Assembly (NCBI GenBank): GCA_951406725.2
Contig: OX597821.1
Coordinates: 95,666,001 to 95,730,000 of the forward strand
DNA length: 64,000 nucleotides
Direction of reading: 5' to 3'
Source of the DNA: Octopus vulgaris
Taxonomy: Eukaryota
Under the pieces are notes generated by a model. It worked only from the letters and a program-made list of their open reading frames with translations, ran no database searches and was not told where the DNA came from. The position numbers were made by a program, and so were the translations under genes. Positions 39,216-52,456 of the stretch are shown one piece after another (position 1 is the stretch's first letter; each line of letters opens with the position of its first letter).

Positions 39216-39283
39216 GTGGTAGATTCCGTCCATACTGGTGCTGTTTTTACATTTGACTATTGTATGCTCATAATTTTAGCAAG
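39216..39283 (+). CDS. DUF389-family gene exon (VVDSVHTGAVFTFDYCMLIILA-S)
   Basis: tccag| acceptor, AG|gttagt donor, 68 nt, phase 0/2. Start of the first TM helix. Confidence 0.9.
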
Positions 39284-41257
39284 GTTAGTATATGCAAAAG
39301 AGAAATAAGTACACCTCAATCACTAGTTGTGTAAATCCTCGTAGTTCCTCAACTGACTTCTAAGTAGAATATCAGTAATCAAGACATAAGAGGTACAACA
39401 AAGAAACTATGGTATATACATATAAGAATAGTCTGGAAGCATAAAGATCCTCTGAATGGTCAGAGATTTAGAGATATGTTACTTGAAGCAGTTGATGAAA
39501 AAGAGGAGGATATAATGATGTATAATGTGTAAGTCAACTGGAGGTTCCAATAGGACACTTTGCTGGGGGCATTTGACCAAATTTGTGGCTGGTGCAAATT
39601 CCCTTCTTGACCTAAGGTGACATAGTGGTGGAACAGTGTAGTTGACAGGTCCATTAAAGTGAAGGAACAGACCTGGAAGGACTGGAAGTATGGGTGTAGC
39701 AGGGAACTATGTCAAATAGCCAGAAGGGAGGCTAGGAGACAGGTATATTTAGACAGGGAAAATGCAGAAAGGAAGAAGTTTGCAATGTTCTATGGTGTGA
39801 GGATCAGAGGCTTGAAGTGTTTGGGATTTCGAGACAATGTGTAAAAGAAAATCATAATGTTGAAGGAGAGAAGTGTGTCTCCATGGATGATGGTTCACTT
39901 GCAGTTAGTGATTCTGAAAAGAGGCTTGGAAATATATTTATGAAATGCTGCTAAATGTAGAGAATGCATGAGAGAAGGAGAATTTGCCTATTGGAGACCC
40001 AACTGAGGAATCAATTATCTAAATTCACAATAGCTTATTAGATAAAGTAATTAAGGATATGAAGACAAGGTTGGCACTGAGTATAGCTATGAATTTTGTG
40101 TATATGTAGGTGTTCCCCAAGGATCAGTTTGAATCCCCCTCTTGTTTACCATAGTCCTCCAGATCATAAGAGAGGAATACAAGACTGACTACTCTTGTTC
40201 TTAGAGCTGAATCAGTACCTGATCTAGAGAAGAAATTTCAGGTGTGGAAACAAAGCCTGGAATCTGAAGACCTCAGAGTTAATTTAGCCAATATCTAGCA
40301 AATCACAAGTCCCTTCAGGGCGATAGTCCTGCTTGTTATGTAAGAAGGGTATAAACATCCATTTTCCATGCTGGCATGGATGGTTTGGCAGGAACTAGCA
40401 AGCCAGATGACTGTGCCAAGCTATACTGTCAGCATTGGCATGGTTTCTATGGCTAGATGCTCTTCTTAACATCAACCACTTTACAGACTGTATTGGGTGC
40501 TTTTTACGTGCAACTTTGGTGACATTACCGAATATTTTGCAGGACAAAGGTCTCTCAACTGAGAGGGGGAGTTGTATTGAGTGATGTGTCTTTGTGACAG
40601 GTGATGAGAAGTTAAAAAATATGAAAGAGGGATAGGGGTCAGTGTCTTTTTATTGAGTACTTTACTATAGATTTGCCTCATTTTGGGATGAAATGAAATG
40701 AGATGTGTAGCACATCTTCACTTCTCTCTCTCTATATAGATTGTTACTTTTGTTGTTTGAAAACCTCTTAGTGATACCTTCTATACAGAGAGCCTATAGT
40801 TAAGCACAGACTAATGACATTAATATAATGAACCATAAAGTGTTTAATCAATTAAAACGAACAACAAAATTAGTGCTACTGATAAGTCTCTTCAAGAAAG
40901 GCAAGCAAGACAACTCTGAAATTCAAATTGTTTAAATATTGAATGGTAAAGGGGCATTGAATGGGAAAGTGTGATTTATTTTTGCATGCACAATGACAAC
41001 TCTTAGTATGTTTCAGTCTTGTTAAACCTCTTCAGAAAAGCTAACTTTTAAATCCCTGAGAAGATAAAGATTTTGAATAGACAAAGCATTTAGTGATCAG
41101 GCAATTTATAAGAACATGGGAAACCATGTATTTTCAATAGTTGATATGATTCAACTAAAGGCAATTTTTTTTTAGTTTGAACAGAGAATCTCATTATTTC
41201 TCTTGCCAAATAAGTTCAACTAAAGAGTTTAAGTTATTTCTGTTTCCATTCTTGCAG

Positions 41258-41333
41258 TATGATTTCTGTTCTTGGTTTGGTAGAAAACAGTTCAGTTGTT
41301 TTAGTAGCCAGTATGTTGATATCACCATTGATG
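41258..41333 (+). CDS. DUF389-family gene exon (MISVLGLVENSSVVLVASMLISPLM)
   Basis: tgcag| acceptor, ATG|gtaagt donor, 76 nt. GL..NS.V.LVASMLISPLM is the DUF389 N-terminal signature. Confidence 0.93.
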
Positions 41334-41415
41334 GTAAGTAAACCTTCATATATAACTGATATTTGAACAGCTTGTTAGGTTTACTAAAATAAAATATCTG
41401 TAGTTATTATTATAA

Positions 41416-41752
41416 ACAATTGCAGCGTGGAAGGTGTTTGTAAGCCATTTAAGAAACACACAAAAGCCATTCAATTACTTCAACATTTAAGTTTAATTTG
41501 CCAAAATATTTTCATCGCTAAAATCCGAGACCTGTTTACTGACAAAATCCGTGCTGCATCTGGATTTTTGTCAGTGAACAGGTCGCGGATTTTAGCGACG
41601 AAAATATTTTGACAAATTAAACTTAAATGTTGAAGTGAATCGAACGGCTTTTGTGTGTTTCTTAAATGGCTTACAAACACCTTCCACACTGCAATTGTTT
41701 TCGTTTCAGCACATGATCTCAGATCAAATCACTTGCTATGCGAGTACATCGC
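41416..41752. mobile_element. 337-bp fold-back non-autonomous retroelement (Penelope-derived) with 14-bp TSD
   Basis: ~140-bp inverted arms spanning 41414-41700. Direct repeat agttattattataa at 41402-41415 and 41753-41766. Each arm carries a hammerhead-like motif. Confidence 0.85.
41567..41616 (+). ncRNA. Minimal type-I hammerhead motif with swapped G3:C8 core
   Basis: tttgtca-GTGAACA-g-gtcgc(ggatttta)gcgac-GAAA-atat-TT-tgacaaa. 7-bp stem I, 5-bp stem II, palindromic ATAT loop. Confidence 0.65.
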
Positions 41753-42592
41753 AGTTATTATTATAATAACACAGTAATACCCAAATATTGAAGCATTTAA
41801 TTGATGGTTCTCACTTTGTCCATCCTAACTTTATTTTGTTTGCAGCTGTTGAAAGATTTTAAATTCACATGTTATGGTCAAGAAAGCAGGACTAAAAGGC
41901 CGTTTTATGTGACATTAAAATTTGTAAAGAAAAATTCGAATGTCTTCAACAGTAGATATATCAAAAATTCCATATCATCACAGTAAGATAAGATAGATAT
42001 CACAAAAACATAACAGTTTATCAGTTCTATGATTAATCAAAAACTGATGTTAACTTTATGTTATGGTTGCAAGCTTATCACATATATAATTGGATGCTTT
42101 GCAATATTTGTAGCTAGAAATAATATACCTTTTCAAAAACTTACATATCGCATAAAATGACCTTTCACTTAGTTAGAGTTCAGATTTTAGGTGGTAGGCC
42201 TATCATATCTGAGTGTATAAAAGATGCATATTAGATGATCCCAGGTTTTAGCATATTCAGGAAAATAAGTTTTTAGTGCATCAAAGTATGTAATATAGCC
42301 ACAACTTCACATATTGGATCTAGGGTGATTTTTTTTTGAGACTTTTTTTAATTAAAAATGTGCATTTTATATGCCATCAAATATAGTAATCTATCCTCCA
42401 GTTTAAAATTACCAAATGACCTTTGGGTGCCATTAGTGGAGGTCATTTGTGTTACAATTGCTCTTGGTCAGGTCGTCAGTCTGAGAATAACTTTCTTACC
42501 AATCTTGGAGGCTAGACTTTTCTTCCTTTATGCTTTGTGTATTGTAGGTTTATGTATATTTTAAAATTGTTTTTCTCCTATTCTTTTGTCAG

Positions 42593-42698
42593 GGCCCAAT
42601 ACTGGCAGGGACTTTTGGTATTGTGATCCAAAATTACTCTTTACGAAATCTTGGTCTGAGATCGGAATCAATTGGTCTTGCATTGTGCATTATCTGTG
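42593..42698 (+). CDS. DUF389-family gene exon (GPILAGTFGIVIQNYSLRNLGLRSESIGLALCIIC-G)
   Basis: gtcag| acceptor, G|gtcagt donor, 106 nt, phase 0/1. Continues SPLM-GPI. Confidence 0.93.
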
Positions 42699-43280
42699 GT
42701 CAGTTGGTTACTTTTTTTCTTTGTTCAAGTTGGATATGTACAGACTGTGTGAAACATGTGGAAGAAGTGTGATTCTACATGATTGTGAGATATTGATGTT
42801 TGATGTGGAATATCAGAGGAGAGTCTGAAGAGAAATGAGTATCAAGTATGATATGATGCATGTGTAACAATAAAGACATCTCCCTGTCTTACATCACTAC
42901 CTGAACCACAGGTACTTTTGATGGGATTTACTCACTAGCAAGCATTCATTAAATCAAGTTCTCTAAGTGTGTGAATGTGTGTGTGTGTGTGTGCATGCAT
43001 CCATGTGTGTGCGTGTCTCTTTGTGTTTGTATTTGTCCCTCACAGCCACTTGACAAGCAGTGTTGGTGTGTTTAAATCCCTCTGTCTTAGCCATATGGCA
43101 AAAGAGTTTAATAGAATAAGTACCAAGCTTTAAAAGTGCAAGTGCTGGCATACTTTATTTGGCCAAAAATTATTCAAGGCAGTCCCCATGATGGCTGCAG
43201 TCTAATAACTGAAACAAGTAAAAGATAAAAAGACATATATGCATACACCCACATACACATGTATATATATTTTCATCTAG

Positions 43281-43371
43281 GGTTTATCTTCGGACTAATC
43301 ATTGGTTCCATCCAACTCCAAGGAATGACAGGATATATTGATGAATGGCCCACTATGGAAATGAAGTCCAG
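43281..43371 (+). CDS. DUF389-family gene exon (FIFGLIIGSIQLQGMTGYIDEWPTMEMKS-R)
   Basis: tctag| acceptor, AG|gtaagc donor, 91 nt, phase 1/2. WPT.EM.SR motif. Confidence 0.92.
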
Positions 43372-45913
43372 GTAAGCATCATTTCATATTTTCATCTATT
43401 AAGACTGTTTGACAAATCTCAGTTGCAATGTCATTTTAAACATTGTGACATTTCTAAAGTACTCCCACCATTTTTTGTGACTCCTCAAGAAAATGCCTGG
43501 AAGTCAGGAATGTGGATGGAATTGAAACCAATCTTTATTCAAGTGTGCAGTGTTCAAGGAAAAAAAAAAAAAAATAATAATTTCAAATTTTGAGACTAGG
43601 ACAGCAATTTTTAGCAGGAGATGATTAGTTGATTACATCAATCTACTGCTCACCTGATAATTATTTTATCAAGCCTGTAAAAGATGAAAGGCAAAGTTGA
43701 TTTCAATGGGATTTGAACTCAGAATGCAAAGAGCTGTTGAAATGCTGTTAAGCATTTCCTCTGATATGCTAACAATTCTGCCAGCTCTGAACCTTTCTTA
43801 TAATTTCAAACTTTGGTTCAAACTTTGGTTTTCAGTGTAGGGAGTTTGTCAGTTTCCATCAACCCCAATGCCCTATAGGTACTTATTTCATCAAATCCTG
43901 AAAGGATGAAAAGCAATGCTAATCATGTTAGTGTTCAAACACAGAATGTAAAGTGTCAGAAAATATGATGTTAAGCATTTTGTCATTAATGCTAAACACC
44001 TTAATGATAATAATAATAAACCTTTCTAGATTCTAGATTTTTGCTCTCATATCTGGAATTTCTTCTCTAAATTTATTATAGATTCATCTAAAAGAGTCAG
44101 ATCATCAGCATATAGAGGTTCTTATGGATAGCCAGTCCTAAACTCCTTTGTGATAGCCTGTGTGATGTACCATGATAAATAGGAAGAGCCAAAGATTGAA
44201 CCTTGATAGACTGCTTACTTTCACTTTACTGACTGTGCATTCGTATGTAGTTTATGCAGCCTTCACAAGCCATTTATCTACATCTTATTTCTTTAATGAC
44301 CACCACATCTCTGGCCATGATACCCTTTCAAAGGCCTTCTCTAAATCAACTTATATTAGATAAAACAGCTTGCTCTTAGCTAAGTACTTTTGAAATTACC
44401 TCACTAATAAGATGGCATCTGTGGTACCTCTACCAGGCATAAAGCCAAACTACATCGTATGTAGGCTAATAGTACTATGATTCTTTCTGTGACTTTCATA
44501 GCCTGGTCCAACAATTTGATGCTTCTGTAATTCCTCTCTCTAATGCCCCTCCTTTGCTCTTCTAGCAACTTTCAATGACACAACTATGCCAGTCATTGCT
44601 TATGACAATTTCCTGGTTAACTATTTAGCCCATCAGACATAATTGTTGATGGACTAACAACTTTCAGACCTATAATTGCTTTATATATCATATTGCTGTC
44701 AACTTGAATTGCCAGTTCCTCTGTTGGGTCAGCATGAGATTAGACTTTCTTTATTCTATGCATTCTCCTTGTTCAACAACCTTTCATAAAAGCACGACTA
44801 AGCTTCTGTTTTGCCACTAACATTGAAGACAAATCTGCCTCTATTTTCATTTCTAACACTCTTTTCTCTTATGCTAACTTGGTTTTCTGCGACACATTAT
44901 CTTGCAATCTGCAACAGTTCATGCTTCAAATCCTCACATTGAGGAACATGTTCAAATCTATTCTTTTCTGCTTTCCTCATAGCTTAGTATACCTAATGTC
45001 TAGCTTCCCTGACTGTCATCTCAAGTTAAACAAATTCCTCAGTCTCTTCCACCTCGTTGTTGCTGATTTTTACATGAGCTTATTGTCTGGCATTATTCTG
45101 TAGTGTTTTACATTTTTCTGGGTTGAGTTCAAGGCTAATTCTGTCAGTGTTCTCTGCCAGTCTGTGTGTCTTGCTTTAGATATATTCATAGGATGATGAT
45201 AGCAACACTAGGTTGTCCACAAAATTGAAATCTTCGATCAGGCTCATGAGGTTCCATCGAATGCCATTCCTATGCCTTTCTGTGTGCTTCACATGACCCA
45301 GTCTATCACCATGAGAATGCTTTCTACTTTCAACTTCCTTCCAGACTCTCCAAGAGTGTCTCTTAGTTTTCATAACTCTATCTATTGTGTCATTTCCCTA
45401 ACACAACAGCTTCTGCTAAGCCAAGACCTTGCATCAGTCACATGTGACTTATAGCCCACAGCGGGTTATCTTACAAGAATTCCAAGTTGTTGTCTATCTT
45501 CCCCGTCCAAATTTCATGCACATCAACTAGAATTTCTCTAAACTTATGACCTAGACCATCTGTTGGACTCTTTAGCTTCTCGTCTTCTGTCTCTGCATCT
45601 CTAGTTCTGGCTCAAAAGTCACTAATCACTAATCAGATTTAAATAGAGCATTCTTCACAGGAAAAGGTTCCAGCTTTTACAAAGGCCCACCTGTCGCGTT
45701 TCCTGATGAAAATTAATTCTGATTTTTCTGTTGTATGATTATTATGTCTAATATTATTTGCTACCACCTGGCCCACAGGTACTTTTAGTGAAGCTCACTC
45801 AGATGTAAGCATTTGGTCTGCGGATAACAGTCTCTGCCCAGCAGTTAATTTCCAAGAAGCAGTTTATCATTTACTTGCTATTTTTTATTTCTTTCTTTCT
45901 CTCCTCCCACCAG

Positions 45914-46058
45914 AGGTATGGGTCGTAGTCTGTTGTTTGGTATCTTAATAGCACTCCCATCCGGTGCTGGAGTGTCTCTGTCTGTTCTGGGTGGCAACTC
46001 TGGGCCACTGGTTGGAGTTGCCATATCTGCCTCACTACTGCCACCTGCTGTCAATGCT
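45914..46058 (+). CDS. DUF389-family gene exon (GMGRSLLFGILIALPSGAGVSLSVLGGNSGPLVGVAISASLLPPAVNA)
   Basis: accag| acceptor, GCT|gtgagt donor, 145 nt, phase 2/0. LVGVAISASLLPPAVNAG is the DUF389 C-terminal signature. Confidence 0.95.
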
Positions 46059-47999
46059 GTGAGTAGACTTCAACCTCTTTGGTCTTCTCTCTTTGTCTGT
46101 CTGCTAGTCTGCCAATTATAACTTACCTTCTCTTCCTTCACCTACCATTCTTCAAATGTCTGCTCTTCTAATTAATTAACTACTAAATTACCTTCAGTGT
46201 GATTATCATCATAACTAACAGCACTATTGCTGTCATTATAATCATCATTATCAAAATTACCTTATCCCTTGACATTATTGTGAACAACATCAGGGTCATA
46301 AACATCCTTACTCTCATCATCTTTTCAACATCACCAGTAGCAATAATCATGTTAATTAAACCACTTATTGTCTACAATATTATAACCCATTAGCACATTA
46401 TCATCACAATTCTGCTCATTATTCTCATTACTTTTTTTTTAGGTTAAAATTTCAAATTAACAAAATTAAGATATTTTCATTTTAATAAATCATTATTATA
46501 CACAAATAAAGAAAAATCTTATTCAAAATATATGCTACTATTTTATAACCATTTAAAATAAATTATTTCATAAAAACTGAAAATATTAACTGTTTCATAA
46601 TAACTGAAAATATAGTTAAATATAGTTCAAATATGTTTGAGGCCTATTTTAACTAATAAAGGCTATTTCATTGCAGTTTAAGGTGGAGAAAAAAGTCTTG
46701 CTAAGGTAAAAAGGTGTTAGAAGACCATTGTCAACTTCAAGCACCCTTTGGACTGAGAGATGCATTCTTACATGCTTCTACTTACATATTTGACCCAGCC
46801 TGGTGTCTTATGCACACAAATAAGTAAATATTATTTGCTGATTTTTAAAAATAAAGCTAAGGCTTTCCAACCAGCTCAGAGTTGCTTCTCTTAGTACTTG
46901 GTATTAAAGACAGCTTACAAACTAGAAATTCATGTATTTGTCCAGAGGGTGCTTTAAACTGACAGTGGTGTTCTTAGACCTTTTTACTTCAAGCAAGAAT
47001 ATTTTCTCCATGGTAAACTATAGTGAAATAACTTTTACAAGTTGAAATATGTCTCAAACATATTTGAACTGATCCTAAGTTTCTTTATTTCCTATTAGTG
47101 CTTCATGCTACTACTTACATAGAGTAAAAATAATTTATTTTACTTGATATGATATTAAATAATCTTTTAGTAATTTGAAGTATACTCAAATATTTCATAA
47201 AAATCTAAAATATACTAAAATATTCCTAAATAACTTTTTAGTGAGTCTGGCCACTAATCTATGGTATGAAAGTGTTTGTGGAAAAGTTCAGTAGATGAGC
47301 TTTTGAGAAGCATGTGTAATGGAATATCAGAAGGCATTTTTTAAACAAATAATTAAATTCATTAAAGGATAGTGAGAGCTGACAAGTCATATGAGCATAG
47401 CTGGTGTATGTTTATAAGTCAGAGAAAGCTTTATAACTTACATTTGAAATATGGATTCAGCTGGAAGTCCTTATGAGGTAATTGTTTAGCTAGCGTATAC
47501 AAAAATATACTGCTCATAACATGACCTGAGTAGTGGGCTGATGTCCTCCAGAATTTTGCAGAGCTAAGTTGGCATAAAGGAAATAGGCTGTTCATGATGT
47601 GAAGAGTTGAGAGCTGGTATAATTCAGAGCTAGCAGCACGAAGTTGGTGTGAAAAATAAAGACGCTGTTCCATGTTGAAATAGAGATGTGGCTCATCTGC
47701 CATCTGTCCGCAAACTGGTTAAAAACGTGTTTTTCACTTCATGGGCTGAGGACTACCTCTAGCATTCATATGTGCCCAACCCTGATTGGCTGGAGAATGC
47801 CATAGCACAACTTTGCTATGACGCAACAACTAAAATAGCTCTCCTGACATGCTAGAACTTAATATATCTTACAGTATTTCAAAATACGTTCAAATATGTG
47901 AAAATATTTCCAAATAATTTAAAATACATGTAGTATATTCAATATCATGATTTATATTAGAATATTTTGTTTTATTTTAACTTCCTAACTTCGAAGATG

Positions 48000-49125
48000 A
48001 TATCCTGGACAAACTTAAATTCATAAAAATTCTTTACCTTTCATGCAACACCATCCCTATCTTGCAACCCATGGACCAACAGGGGATTTCTAATTTTAAG
48101 AATTGTACACCAAACACCAGTTTTGTCAGTACTTTGAAGTCACTGAAAATACAAATCCAATCCTTCATGAATTTTGGAAGGAGCACTACAACATTGTTAA
48201 CTGCCTGAAAATCATCGATATTGCCTGGCAGGGTGTAATAAAGAGAATGCTGAACTCTGCATGGAGGAAACTGTGGCCTGACTGGGTATCCAAAAAAGAC
48301 TTTGAGAGTTTTGAGTCTGAGACACATGTAATCGAGCAGATGGTGTCTCATGGCAAGTCCATGTGCCTTGAGGTTTATGATGGGGACATTAACAATGTCG
48401 TCGATGAGCTGATGACAGATGAACTCTTGCAGATCAGGAGCAGCAGCATTCAGATGCAGTGGAAGAGTTTGATTCCCCAGAGGAAGACAATGTAGCAGAG
48501 AAGGCTATCTCTACAAGTGACATAAAGGCAGTATTGGCAAAGTGGCGGAATGTTTCTGAATTTGTAGTAAAATATCATCTTGAAAAAGTATCTACAATTT
48601 GTGCAGTTGCTTTATTTAAATGCTCTGGTGCATTTTCGTCACATTTTGAAAGGCAGGAAAAAGCAGATTTCTTTTTATATGTTTCTAATGAAACGACGTG
48701 CAGGTGTGAAAAAGTGAAGAAAGTGTGTCCAAAGAGCCAAAATTAAGCGAAGTGAGAGAGAAAACACCAGAAATTGTTCTTCCTGAAGTCTTAATGGAAG
48801 GAGATTCACCTTCCAAGCAATAATCCTCCTTCTCCCCTCTACTTCGTATTCCTCACACACAAATCTTTGAGGTAATAAAATCAATAAAACCAGTTTACAT
48901 ATTTCTTTTGCATTCTCTTTTATTATGTTTTTTATAATTGCCATTTTTCTTGTAACTGCACCTTTTCTATTTTAAAACTCATAAAAAATTATTTTTGGGT
49001 GGTTTTGTGGGGCTGGGAGGAATTAATTATATTTTAATTAATTTCAATGGGAGAAAATTGATTTGTAAAATGAGTAAATCATGAAAAGACTTGGTCATGG
49101 AATGAATTAAACTAGTACTGCGAGG
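48000..49125 (+). mobile_element. Tigger/pogo (DDE_1) transposon 3' remnant
   Basis: NTIPILQPMDQQGISNFK and FWKEHYNIVNCLKIIDIAWQGV...LNSAWRKLWP match pogo/Tigger transposase. Degenerate. Confidence 0.8.
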
Positions 49126-49362
49126 TATATATATGCTTTCGGTGTGAATGGTTTTTTTTTTATACAACGCTGAGTTTACAATCCTGTAAATAATGATAAT
49201 GGTATTTTTATATAAGCTTAAAGCTTATGGTGATAATTGTGCAATGACTAAGGAAAATAGTCTAATAAAGGGGCATATAAGCCTTCTACAGAAAAAAGAA
49301 GGCTTTCTTATCTGTATGGGACTTGAACCCACATCCCTTTGTTAATGCAGCTGTGTTACCTT

Positions 49363-49406
<44 letters not shown>

Positions 49407-49899
49407 CAGACCGACAGACATACAGACAGACGGACAGACAGACGGACAGACAGACAGACAAGGTGGTTTAAAAGAAATCTTTTAGCAATTAAACAATCAC
49501 ATAATCACATAATATCTTAGCAGTTGAGGTTCTGAAGATTTTATCCTCTTTTACCATTTCTAATATCACCCAAACACCACTTGAAGGTCTATACCAAGTG
49601 GTCAATCTGTTGTTGTTTAATCTCAGATCAGTTCTGATTCTTCAGCAAATCTTTAATCAAAGGTATTCCAACAATAACCATTCTGCTGTTTTATTTTTCA
49701 CACATAGTCTATCTTGAGTTATATTATCTAATGTATCTTACCTTTTTTTTTTAAAGAACATAGAATGTTTCATGGGAGATTTGTCTGTTATTTTTAGCAG
49801 ATCAAGACATTTCATCTGATTGTTGTTGTGTTGCTGTTCTAAGTTTGCTGAAATATAACAACCCCCTAAATCTGTACACGTTTCCAAATCTCTCTTCAG

Positions 49900-49974
49900 G
49901 GAATGCTGTGGTCATTTGCTTTACTTTCAGTCATCAGTCCACCAAAAACAACTCCACATGACAATACCACTGCT
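49900..49974 (+). CDS. DUF389-family gene exon (GMLWSFALLSVISPPKTTPHDNTTA)
   Basis: ttcag| acceptor, GCT|gtaagt donor, 75 nt, phase 0/0. Continues VNA-GMLW. Confidence 0.9.
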
Positions 49975-50766
49975 GTAAGTACTTTGTCTTCTTGACTTTC
50001 TCTAGTTACCTACGCATCACATGATGTCTCCCAGCCTAACTAAAAGATAAAAACATAAGCTTGTCCTCTCTCTCTCTTCCGCTTTCTCTCTCTCACTTCA
50101 TCTCTGTCTGTGTGTCTCTCCCTCTCTCTGTGTCTGTCTGTCTCTGTTTATATGTTTATCTCAATCTATCTGCCTGTCTTTCCTCACACACAGAGACGCA
50201 CACACTCACACCATTCTGACCTCTAAAGACCATCCCCATATCCACTGAACCGTGAAAGGGAAGTAAAATCTTCTTTTTAATTCCACATTGCCCTTCCTTC
50301 CCCCCACCCAAACACACCTCCTAAACTGTCCCTTGAAAGTAGAAAATAATCTTTTACAGTAAAATTGTGAAACAGGTCAGTTGATTCTAAATTCTTTGTA
50401 AACTAGATATACCTCTTTCTGTGTATATATATACTACCAAAATATGACCTTTTTGAACTTATAATTTTCTGTGTATTTTCTGCCAAACAAACATGATTTT
50501 TAATGAAATCCTAATAGGTTTTATGAACTTGTTAATTTCTCAAAAAAGTTTTTTCTGAAAACTGTTTTTAACATGTTATTATTATCAAAGAATGTATATA
50601 AGTATTGCACTTTTTGTGCCCAATATTTTAATGAACTTTTTTATATTTTCCCAAGATTTTTCCTTGTAAACTGTTTTAAACATGTTCTTATTATTATCAA
50701 AGAATGTATATATGTATTGTAATATTTTGTGACAACCAGTACCTATTACAACAAAGCTTTTACATG

Positions 50767-50812
50767 TTACTTTTGACAATTTTTTCCTAAAAAAGTGAAA
50801 CCGGTCAAGTAA
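50767..50812 (+). ncRNA. Minimal type-I hammerhead motif with U3:A8 core
   Basis: ttactt-TTGACAA-tttttt(cct)aaaaaa-gt-GAAA-ccgg-TC-aagtaa. 6-bp stem I, canonical GAAACCGGUC. The base of stem II is imperfect. Confidence 0.6.
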
Positions 50813-50892
50813 ATAAACATCCTTTAAAACTGCATTTTCAAACCCTTCTTTCATATATAATTCTACTCGTGCGGCACCTTACAACTTCACTT

Positions 50893-50943
<51 letters not shown>

Positions 50944-51057
50944 ATAAATCTCTGAACGAGATATAAACAGTAACTGCACAACAATGTGAGGTATACTAGC
51001 CATATTGAGATGGCTAGTATACCTCACATTGTATATATATATATAGACATATATATA

Positions 51058-51121
<64 letters not shown>

Positions 51122-51129
51122 TATATATA

Positions 51130-51180
<51 letters not shown>

Positions 51181-52285
51181 ATCTTTTCCACCCACTCTTC
51201 CTGGAAGAGTCATGGGGATAGCATTTTCAGATACCTCTTCCATAGAGCCCTATCAGAAGCAATTGTTATTAAATTTTCTGGCTGGATTTCTAGCATTAAA
51301 TGTACAATTTGATGAAGGAACCTCAATGTAATCTTTAGAGCTGCTAGAAAAAGTATCAAAATCCTCCTAGAATCACATCATACTGTTTTATAAAAACTAG
51401 GAGGAGCCATTTAGAGAACAACTCTACAGAACTCTTTTGATTATAGATCTGTAGAAACCAAGTTGACCAGGAGCTAATCAATAACAAATGATACATTTGA
51501 TAATGCGACTCTAGATATATTATGAATGAATAAAAGACGAGATGATCACAGTTGAGATGCCTCTTTATCATAATTGTCCATGATCATGGTGGTCAAAGGA
51601 CAGATGAGCACGTTCTGAGCCAATGGCCCATCCACATACTCTTTACTCTTTTACTTGTTTCAGTCATTTGACTGTGGCCATGCTGGAGCACCGCCTTTAA
51701 TCGAGCAGCTCGACCCCAGGACTTATTCTTTGTAAGCCCAGTACTTATTCTATCGGTCTCTTTTGCCAAACCGCTAAGTGACGGGGACGCAAACATACCA
51801 CCATCGGTTGTCAAGCAATGTTGGTGGGGACAAACACAGATACACAAACATACACGCACGCATATATACATATATATTTATATACGACAGGTTTCTTTCA
51901 GTTTCCGTCTACCAAATCCACTTACAAGGCTTTGGTCGGCCCGAGGCTATAGTAGAAGACACTTGCCCAAGGTGCCACGCAGTGGGACTGAACCCGGAAC
52001 CATGTGGTTGGTAAGCAAGCTACTTACCACACAGCCACTCCTGAGTGATGTCTCATAAAAACATCCAGTACATGGGCTGGCAAACCATGCAGCTAGTCCA
52101 AGAACATAGCCACAAAAACTCCATGAAAGACATATGTACTCTTGAGTTGAAGTCAACACCCACAAGTGATGCGTATAAAGTGAGAAGGACTGATATGCCA
52201 AACAAATCAAAAACAAACAGTCATGAACACTGGAGACATGTTTTTCTTTTAATCCAGTTTTTTTCTACTTGTTTGTATTTTGAAG

Positions 52286-52456
52286 GTTTCAATTAATGCC
52301 CACCCTTTAGGGTGCTTGCCATTTCAAGACAATGCTTATACACCAATGTACAGCTGTGACATGGCCAAAGAAATGGGAATCATGGGAACAATAAGTCTCC
52401 TGCTCACTCTACTTAACATCGTCTGCATATTCCTAGTTGGTGTTGTCATGTTGAAG
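52286..52456 (+). CDS. DUF389-family gene exon (VSINAHPLGCLPFQDNAYTPMYSCDMAKEMGIMGTISLLLTLLNIVCIFLVGVVMLK)
   Basis: tgaag| acceptor, AAG|gtaaat donor, 171 nt, phase 0/0. Last TM helix with SL.LT..NI..I. Confidence 0.9.

Noticed and set aside
52311-52456. Alternative acceptor at ctttag (52310) for the DUF389 exon
   Set aside because: It would shift the frame and hit a stop before the donor. The acceptor at 52285 keeps the TM helix in frame.
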